In this document: positions 57,429-64,000 of the stretch, in pieces
Position numbering within the stretch: the first letter of the stretch is position 1
How the letters are laid out: each line of letters starts with the position of its first letter
Source of the DNA: a virus
Lineage: Duplodnaviria; Heunggongvirae; Uroviricota; Caudoviricetes
IMG/VR virus record: IMGVR_UViG_3300017650_000009
Strand: one strand, 5' to 3'
Length of the DNA: 64,000 bases
Program-made: the position numbers and the translations under genes
The notes under the pieces: generated by a model
What the model was told of the DNA's origin: nothing
The model's input: only the letters and a program-made list of their open reading frames with translations
Database searches by the model: none

Positions 57429-60400
57429 TATTTGATCCTCAAACTTGTAGGAGTATTCACTGGAATAATTTCTACGTCATTTACATTTGCGGTCGGGAAA
57501 AACAATTCATCAGGGTTACAACGAACCTCAAATAGCTCACCGAAACTCTGTGATTCCTTAAGCGGCACAATGACCACACTCGAAATCTCATTAACCAATT
57601 GCTTATGAATATAAGCAGCGAGTTCAGTAAAATAGAACGTTTCTCCAAATTCCCAGTTATTTACATCAAAGAACTTTTGCACTGCCGTGATCAACTTACT
57701 TTTGATTTCACCATCGCTGATGATAGCACTTGGCTGTTTAATCACTTTGAATTTTGCCTGTAACTCACTGGCTGCGGTTTTTCCGAATAACAATTTGTAC
57801 TTTACTGGTCTCCAGGAAATCTGGTCCGAGAACATCTTGTACTCTTCTAGAGTCGCATATGTATTTCTCAATTGTAATTCACTTGTTGGTTTAGGAAGCA
57901 AATTAATATTGCTACCATTCTTATACCAAGTTTTCATAAGTGAATCATACTCGCGTGTTAGAATAAAGATATCAATGATGTTACTAATTGCAGGATCAAT
58001 ACGATGATCAGCAGTTGCATAATGACGCCATTGGAACTTTAGATTTCTACGGCCTTTATTTGCGGTGTATTCGGTTTGATCATCCAAAGGAGAAATTTCA
58101 CGATTACGACCAAATACTGGAACTGCATTTACCGACATCAACATACGATAGAAAGTACCAGAACGTTCGCCTTCATTATAAACGTAAATCACTTCGCCCG
58201 GGGTCAACACTGGTAGCGGATCACCCAATTGGATTGCCTTGATACCTTCAGTTAACGCATAACTATTGTACCCATATATATCCTTTACGCGCTTATGGAA
58301 AATCCATTCACCTGAGCCAATAATATCATTGAACGCTTCGGGATTATCGGGCTGGCCATCTAGATCTTCGTCTGCAAATGTAATTTTGACTCTACGTGGT
58401 TCCTGATATCCATCATCATATGTATATGTGGATTCCAAGTCCCATGAAATATCTCTAATTAGACCAGGGCTTGCTGGACGCCAATACTCAACTAGGACCG
58501 CACGAGGTGGTTCAACCGAATTATCAATTGCTGCGACAGTGGCTGCAAATGTTGGTCCGCTGGTGTGGTCCAATAGGCATTCATAATACGTAGTAATTTG
58601 CGCACCATTGTAGGTATCATTGATCTCAATAATATCACCAACCACATATTTCTTAGATTGTGTCCAAGGCTTTGCGTTGATTACCGCAGGGCTTGTATTG
58701 GATTCAAGAACCGTAATGTGATCGGTTCCAACCTTACCAGTATTTGGATCGATGCTTTTGAATTTCGATACAAAGAAGAACTTCACATCGTGCTTGGACT
58801 CAAACACATAACGAAGACCACGACTTGTAATTCTCCAATTGAGTGGGCTGTACTCACACTTTACGAGCCAGCTCGAATCACTTGTGCTTCCTTTGGTTTC
58901 ATAATCAAATGCACCAGCTAGATTCATACGAGCAGCATCGATGAAATACCAATTACGGCTTTCAAAATCCCAACCAATACCGAATGTACGCTTACCCGAA
59001 ATAAGCTGACCCAACTGTTCATATTCAGCAACCGTTAGTTCGCGACGAACTGATGGCATAACACGAAGCGCAGTATCACCAGTCTCGACTGATTCATTCA
59101 AACGTACTGGACCTTCATTGGAATTAAGGAATACCGCACCAGTGCCCTCGACGGAATCAACCGTAACCCAACCCGCTTTTTTAAACTTAACGAGTGCACC
59201 TTGTGAGATAAACTTTTCCACACTTGTTTCGGGTGCATGGACTCCCAATACAATAGCTTTCTCGTCCCATTCCTCAGGTGTTACTGGAGTGGTTGATGTG
59301 CGAACAAAACGACCAGTCGAGCTATAAATGCTGTTTGAGCTTTGTTGCCAAATAGTAGGTGTGCCACTGAACGTGAAATTGTATGCTCCACTACTGGACT
59401 TTTCCAGCCAATCCTGATACAAGAAATCTCGCATTTCTACACTTTGAAGTGCAGGTACGATATACGTGTAGATCATATCCTGAATAGAAAAGTTAGTACT
59501 CAATGGTAGCTCATCATATTTGTAAGCTTCTTCACGATACAAACAACCATCATCGGAAAATACATTTGCACTCTGATACGTACTTGTAGGATCATTCAAA
59601 TCAATAAAGCGAGACTGACCCGAATATACACGTTCAATCGATTTGACTTTTAGTGCGGTATTATTGGATGCTGGGAAGTTATTGTAATCCTCACCACTAA
59701 CCATACGACCTTGAGTCGCATACATTCCAGGTGCACGACGACGAATTTCTTCATCCGTTTCAGATGGTGCACTATTGATTACGTTCTCCATAAGAGAGAA
59801 ACTTAGTACCGCTGTTTGACGTGTCTGGTTCGACGCCAAGTAAGGCAAACTGATTGCAATATTACGCATATCATCGGGTCGGATATTCATAGTCGTACCA
59901 GCTGATTGGCGATACCACAAACGAATATTTCCAGTCGGGATCGTTCCAAAACGACCATCACCGAAACGCAAACTAATATTGTCGTTGTCTCGTGTTATGA
60001 CTTGATAGATATCACGTACTTCATTGCTCATACTATTGTAGGTAATATTCTCACCTGGCATTACGATCTTTGTAATATCATCCGATGGAACAAATCCAAC
60101 ACGCGACCATTCTGTTTCAACATCACCATCATCGCGTACGGTTTGTAGCCATACGTCAATATCGTTAATATTATTGATATCAACATCGATAAGACGGTTT
60201 TCGATTGGTTCCGCAATCTGAATATCACGACGCTGAAGTGTTCCCTGTTTGAAATACAAGAAGAACCCAGTGTCTTTTGAATTGTTACCATTTCCATCAT
60301 TGCGATAGATCACATGGAAGCTATTTTGTGGGTTTGGTGCACGTTCAAAGAATCCACGTTGGGTTGTAAAGTCGACATTGACCACATCGAAATTGTATGA

Positions 60401-61024
60401 GATACCACCAATGTTTGTGCTGAATGGAATGTTACCCGCAGTGAATGGAATGTTTTCCATGCGATACAACTGGGTATTAATACCGCCAATGCTTGCATTC
60501 TTAAGAGGTGTACCAAACGGATTAGTTTGAATCAAACATGCATTCATAACCAAGATGAATTGTTCAAACCAGTTTGGATTATTAGGATCATCCCAAAGAA
60601 TGACCACGTTGTTCAGATTTTTACCAGCAGAGTCAACCACATCTTGTGTTGCACGAATTTCAGTTAGTTTGACAAGGCCACGCGCCGGATAGTTACGACG
60701 TGGACTATAGCTGAGAAAACGACCCAAACGCAAAATGGATTCACGTGCACGGGCCACATCCATGAGGTTTTCACGAGCATTGATGTCCATACGGAACGCA
60801 AGGGATTGTCCCAAATACGCCATTAGATCCAAAAGCGCAACAAATTCAGAAGATTCAATCCAATCGTTGAAATCCTCCGGATAGTTTCGCTGGATATATT
60901 CCTTCATGGACTCACGAATTGTATCGAAGTCAAAAGCGTTAAAGTTAACTTCTGTGAAACTTTTGTAAATTGCAGTCCAATCCTGTCCTGCAAATAATTC
61001 ACTCATACGATAATTCGCTGCCAT
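57428..61024 (-). CDS. baseplate wedge subunit (T4 gp6-like)
   Basis: DFDTIRESMKEY...LLDLMAY, FGDG.FG, ETDEEIRRRAP...QGRMVSGEDY. Confidence 0.85.
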   Translation of the reverse strand: MAANYRMSELFAGQDWTAIYKSFTEVNFNAFDFDTIRESMKEYIQRNYPEDFNDWIESSEFVALLDLMAYLGQSLAFRMDINARENLMDVARARESILRLGRFLSYSPRRNYPARGLVKLTEIRATQDVVDSAGKNLNNVVILWDDPNNPNWFEQFILVMNACLIQTNPFGTPLKNASIGGINTQLYRMENIPFTAGNIPFSTNIGGISYNFDVVNVDFTTQRGFFERAPNPQNSFHVIYRNDGNGNNSKDTGFFLYFKQGTLQRRDIQIAEPIENRLIDVDINNINDIDVWLQTVRDDGDVETEWSRVGFVPSDDITKIVMPGENITYNSMSNEVRDIYQVITRDNDNISLRFGDGRFGTIPTGNIRLWYRQSAGTTMNIRPDDMRNIAISLPYLASNQTRQTAVLSFSLMENVINSAPSETDEEIRRRAPGMYATQGRMVSGEDYNNFPASNNTALKVKSIERVYSGQSRFIDLNDPTSTYQSANVFSDDGCLYREEAYKYDELPLSTNFSIQDMIYTYIVPALQSVEMRDFLYQDWLEKSSSGAYNFTFSGTPTIWQQSSNSIYSSTGRFVRTSTTPVTPEEWDEKAIVLGVHAPETSVEKFISQGALVKFKKAGWVTVDSVEGTGAVFLNSNEGPVRLNESVETGDTALRVMPSVRRELTVAEYEQLGQLISGKRTFGIGWDFESRNWYFIDAARMNLAGAFDYETKGSTSDSSWLVKCEYSPLNWRITSRGLRYVFESKHDVKFFFVSKFKSIDPNTGKVGTDHITVLESNTSPAVINAKPWTQSKKYVVGDIIEINDTYNGAQITTYYECLLDHTSGPTFAATVAAIDNSVEPPRAVLVEYWRPASPGLIRDISWDLESTYTYDDGYQEPRRVKITFADEDLDGQPDNPEAFNDIIGSGEWIFHKRVKDIYGYNSYALTEGIKAIQLGDPLPVLTPGEVIYVYNEGERSGTFYRMLMSVNAVPVFGRNREISPLDDQTEYTANKGRRNLKFQWRHYATADHRIDPAISNIIDIFILTREYDSLMKTWYKNGSNINLLPKPTSELQLRNTYATLEEYKMFSDQISWRPVKYKLLFGKTAASELQAKFKVIKQPSAIISDGEIKSKLITAVQKFFDVNNWEFGETFYFTELAAYIHKQLVNEISSVVIVPLKESQSFGELFEVRCNPDELFFPTANVNDVEIIPVNTPTSLRIK

Positions 61025-61416
61025 TACTGTGTCCCTTCGCGAGTTCGCTTATCAAACTCAACACTAAAATTCTCAACCACACCCCATGGTTCAAAGTTGA
61101 GAACAAAATTAATAATTATGCCCTGGGTTACTTCTTTGATCTTCATACTATCCAGTTTAACTCTACTATCCGAGTTTACAACACGACGAGCTTCGTCAGC
61201 GATCAATTCAATGTTTCCCTCATTTAGAGGTTCAAAAAGTAAATCCCAAATTCGGCATCCGTAATCGGGCATCATAGCGCGTTCGCCTCTACTTGTATGA
61301 AAATGGTTCAGCAAGTCACGCTTAACTAGATCCAAGTCATATAGAGTCCAGTTACGATTGCGAACGTTATCCGCATCAGGATAAGTGCTAAAACCTTTAA
61401 ATAGATGGCGGGCCAT
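61024..61416 (-). CDS. baseplate wedge subunit (T4 gp25-like)
   Basis: LLNHFHTSRGERAMMPDYGCRIWDLLFEP...DSRV; TAAATA at 61439-61444. Confidence 0.9.
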   Translation of the reverse strand: MARHLFKGFSTYPDADNVRNRNWTLYDLDLVKRDLLNHFHTSRGERAMMPDYGCRIWDLLFEPLNEGNIELIADEARRVVNSDSRVKLDSMKIKEVTQGIIINFVLNFEPWGVVENFSVEFDKRTREGTQ

Positions 61417-61481
61417 AATAAGTATCTCCTATTTTACATATTTATTTGGCTTTAAAATACTAAGTTAATTCAGAGGTTAAA

Positions 61482-61685
61482 ATGAGAAAAGATCGAGTAT
61501 TAGAGCAATTTACTTCAAAACGTAAAGCAAAAACAGAAGAAAAACGCGACACCCGCACCCTAGCGGATATTAAGATCTCGGACCAAACCCCAGCATTGGA
61601 TGTTAAGGAACCTAGTGATTTCGAACCAACAATTATTCGTCCAGCAGATGACGAGAATTGGAAAGAGTTAAAAGATAAAAATTGA
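61482..61685 (+). CDS. small hypothetical protein
   Basis: GAGGT SD; 67 aa. Confidence 0.55.
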   Translation: MRKDRVLEQFTSKRKAKTEEKRDTRTLADIKISDQTPALDVKEPSDFEPTIIRPADDENWKELKDKN

Positions 61686-61710
61686 CTACACGAGTGTACC
61701 AGCGTATCAT
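61682..61710 (+). promoter_or_regulatory. sigma70-like promoter, probably giving a leaderless mRNA
   Basis: TTGACT-N17-TATCAT, ATG 6 nt downstream, no SD. Confidence 0.6.
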
Positions 61711-61716
61711 TGTGGT

Positions 61717-62322
61717 ATGAAAATCAAAAAACAAGAAATTTACATTAGCACGGATATCGAAGCGGATGGTAGGGTTCCAGGACTTTCCTCAATGCTTAGT
61801 TTCGCCAGTGCTGCATTTGATGTTGACAAGAATCTTCTTGGAACATTTGAACGCAATTTGGAACTTTTGCCAGACGGTAAACCTCATCCAGAGACAACTT
61901 TGTTCTGGAATGATAACAAAGAGGCATACGATATTACTCGTACAAATCTAGTGGATCCAGCAAAAGCATGTGAGGATTATGCTAGTTGGTTGAAATCGTT
62001 ACCCGGTATTCCAATTTTTGTTGGGTATCCTGCTGTTTTCGATTTCAAATGGATTGACTATTACATGATTCGATTCACCGGTGATAATCCATTTGGTTTC
62101 TCTCGTTGTATCGATGTCAAGTCATACGCAATGCCAATGATGCGTAAAGCTAACCTAACTCATTGCGCAAAACGAAACATGCCCAAGTCTTGGTTTGATG
62201 ATCTGCCTCACACACATGTGGCGCTAGATGATGCAATTGAGCAAGGTGCAATGTTCGTCAATATGCACCGAGAAATGCTTGGACTAACCAGGCTTCCGGA
62301 TTTCAAACGTGAGGATACATGA
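61717..62322 (+). CDS. DEDDh 3'-5' exo(ribo)nuclease
   Basis: STDIEADG, FD, HVALDDA. Confidence 0.85.
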   Translation: MKIKKQEIYISTDIEADGRVPGLSSMLSFASAAFDVDKNLLGTFERNLELLPDGKPHPETTLFWNDNKEAYDITRTNLVDPAKACEDYASWLKSLPGIPIFVGYPAVFDFKWIDYYMIRFTGDNPFGFSRCIDVKSYAMPMMRKANLTHCAKRNMPKSWFDDLPHTHVALDDAIEQGAMFVNMHREMLGLTRLPDFKREDT

Positions 62323-62462
62323 GTAACAAATCGTTCAAAGAATTATATGATCTCGGTTACACTGCGGCCGCTAATGGCGAAAATAGAATGTGGTGTGCGC
62401 AATATGGCTTGGAGTGTTTATTGGGTTACGATGCATATTGGGAGCGATACGGAATGCAATAA
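62319..62462 (+). CDS. small hypothetical protein (47 aa, below ORF-track cutoff)
   Basis: GAGGA SD, ATGA overlap; MSNKSFKELYDLGY...YWERYGMQ. Confidence 0.5.
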   Translation: MSNKSFKELYDLGYTAAANGENRMWCAQYGLECLLGYDAYWERYGMQ

Positions 62463-62485
62463 AATGGGGCCATAATGGCCCCATT
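62463..62485. terminator. hairpin between convergent genes
   Basis: AATGGGGCC-N5-GGCCCCATT. Confidence 0.7.
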
Positions 62486-62488
62486 CTG

Positions 62489-62698
62489 TTATCCGAAATA
62501 TCCACCAGTGACACGATCTTCCTCATTCACTTTAGGAAAGTATCTTCGCTCATCGCGGAAAAAAACCCCACTAACAAGTTCACCAGGTTTTACAACATAT
62601 ACTCCAGCTTTGCCCATTTCGTGGGCAAAGCTATCGATTGAGTGACCTTCAGCAAGTAAAGTTTCTGCTAGGATCTGTTTTGGCGTTTTCATATTCAC
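62489..62698 (-). CDS. small hypothetical protein
   Basis: GAGG SD, 69 aa. Confidence 0.55.
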   Translation of the reverse strand: MNMKTPKQILAETLLAEGHSIDSFAHEMGKAGVYVVKPGELVSGVFFRDERRYFPKVNEEDRVTGGYFG

Positions 62699-62701
62699 CT
62701 C

Positions 62702-64000
62702 TTAAACTGGAACATAACGTGCGGTTGAAGTTCCAGGAACCATAGCCGCATTTAAGCCGATAAGTTTACCAGACGAGTTAAGCACTGGGCCACCCGCCAT
62801 ACCTGGTTTCAAACCATTTACGTCATTCGTTCTCATGACATTCAAGCCATAAACGATTAGACCATTAGGCCCAGTTCCAGGCCCCACATACTTCACAGTA
62901 CGGTTTGTTTCACCAGTTGGTGTTGCTGGCATATAAATGAGTTTGTCACCAAACGCATAACCATATGCACGAAGAGGACCATCAGTGGAATCCATCTTAC
63001 CAGCCATTGCAATCGGTGCCAAGTCCTTGTTATCTTTACGGATTCGAATATGCGCAATATCCTTAGATGGGTTCATTTGCACTAGTTCTGCAGGTCGGAT
63101 TCTATCTCCGATTTCCACATAAACTATCATACCGATTCTCGCATTTTCAATTCCAATAACCTGTGCGTTGGTCATAAGAGTACCAGAGTAATCCACTACT
63201 ACGCCTGTACCGATATTTGCACCACTAATAACTTTACCGATACTTAGTGGTCCATCATCGCCAACTTCAATAATTGTTCCGTTATCAATACCTTCTTCAT
63301 ATTCCGAAGGCTTGTTCGGATACTTGATTCCCTTGAGAATTTCTTTGAGTTTTTCCAAACTAATACCTGGTTTCTCACCCTTAGCTGTTTGCCCATTTGG
63401 TGTAGGCAAAGTTGGCCATTTACTAGCAAGGCACTCAATTAGTTCATCCTCAGTCTTTTTACCCTTTCTCCACTCATCTATACCACACTCTTTAAGTAGG
63501 AATTCCATAATGCTTTCCTGTAACGGTGCAGTAAATTTTTCATTCCCATTCAAAGGCTTTCCACCTTTGGCGTCGGTTAGGTTAGGCTGATCGATATTAT
63601 ATCGACCTACACCCGTAGGCTTGCCGGCTTGTTTTAGCTCTTCCTGTTTTTCCTGTACCTCTGCAACACTTTTATTTGCGAGATTTTCAGGCCCATCAGC
63701 AGTTGCGCTATAACCGCCATTAGGATCGGTATCCTCGGATTCTGCGATTGCGTCTTTAAGAGGGTTGTTCTTGTTAGGGTTGTCGCTACTTGATGAACCA
63801 CTTCCCGCACCAGAGCCGCCGCCTCCGCCGCCTCCGCCGCCTCCGCCGCCGCCTCCGCCGCCTCCGCCGCCTCCGCCGCCTCCGCCGCCTCCGCCGCCTC
63901 CGCCGCCTCCGCCGCCTCCGCCGCCTCCGCCGCCTCCGCCGCCTCCGCCGCCTCCGCCGCCGCCTCCGCCGCCTCCGCCGCCTCCGCCGCCGCCTCCGCC
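62702..64000 (-). CDS. 5'-partial protein: poly-Gly tract, linker and degenerate trypsin-like domain (possible baseplate hub/gp5-like C-terminus)
   Basis: frame open from window end through (Gly)62-SGAGSGSSSSD... into the 62702..63553 ORF; GTGVVV, TNAQVI, DIAHI, PGMAGGPVLN. Confidence 0.7.
   Translation of the reverse strand, partial: GGGGGGGGGGGGGGGGGGGGGGGGGGGGGGGGGGGGGGGGGGGGGGGGGGGGGGGGGGGGGGSGAGSGSSSSDNPNKNNPLKDAIAESEDTDPNGGYSATADGPENLANKSVAEVQEKQEELKQAGKPTGVGRYNIDQPNLTDAKGGKPLNGNEKFTAPLQESIMEFLLKECGIDEWRKGKKTEDELIECLASKWPTLPTPNGQTAKGEKPGISLEKLKEILKGIKYPNKPSEYEEGIDNGTIIEVGDDGPLSIGKVISGANIGTGVVVDYSGTLMTNAQVIGIENARIGMIVYVEIGDRIRPAELVQMNPSKDIAHIRIRKDNKDLAPIAMAGKMDSTDGPLRAYGYAFGDKLIYMPATPTGETNRTVKYVGPGTGPNGLIVYGLNVMRTNDVNGLKPGMAGGPVLNSSGKLIGLNAAMVPGTSTARYVPV
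63815..64000 (-). repeat. (GGC GGC GGA)n tandem repeat encoding poly-glycine
   Basis: 186 nt of GCCGCCTCC units with occasional extra GCC, continuing to window edge. Confidence 0.95.

Noticed and set aside
44142-61227. Many short ORFs inside the structural genes
   Set aside because: Fully nested in long well-supported minus-strand genes, without SDs or motifs
1-64000. Genome-wide TAG recoding as the explanation for in-frame ambers
   Set aside because: Genes tile densely under the standard code, the 4456-aa ORF has no internal TAG, and TAG terminates genes at 11302, 18393 and 27497
63815-64000. CRISPR array or telomere-like repeat
   Set aside because: No spacers; simple in-frame Gly codon repeat. 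No CRISPR array seen elsewhere

Overview
64 kb of an AT-rich T4-like jumbo myophage genome; no host genes, tRNAs or CRISPR array seen. Left ~32.9 kb (+ strand): end of a probable DNA polymerase, sliding clamp, a partial 7-deazaguanine pathway (QueD-like, FolE, QueE) with a coupled glycosyltransferase and an AT-rich HNH gene, RNase H, glutaredoxin, a MoxR ATPase/vWA-metallopeptidase pair, RNA/translation-repair genes (Rnl1 ligase, PNKP, Pth2) and many small paralogous hypotheticals behind sigma70-like promoters. Right half (mostly - strand): a partial gene with a >=62-residue poly-Gly tract and a catalytically dead trypsin domain, gp25- and gp6-like baseplate genes, a 4456-aa virion protein, a tail fibre, then an 11-gene operon with four radical SAM enzymes, a cupin oxygenase and a 310-aa protein ending in CHSSCHASCHSSRSRR. 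Best candidates for undescribed biology: (1) this RiPP-like multi-radical-SAM system; (2) two neighbouring leaders with an in-frame TAT-TAG-CA amber codon, one interrupting the Pth2 gene at codon 4, the other followed by an R-D-P-P motif overlapping an anti-SD, suggesting readthrough-gated expression. All calls are by eye from motifs; no searches were run.
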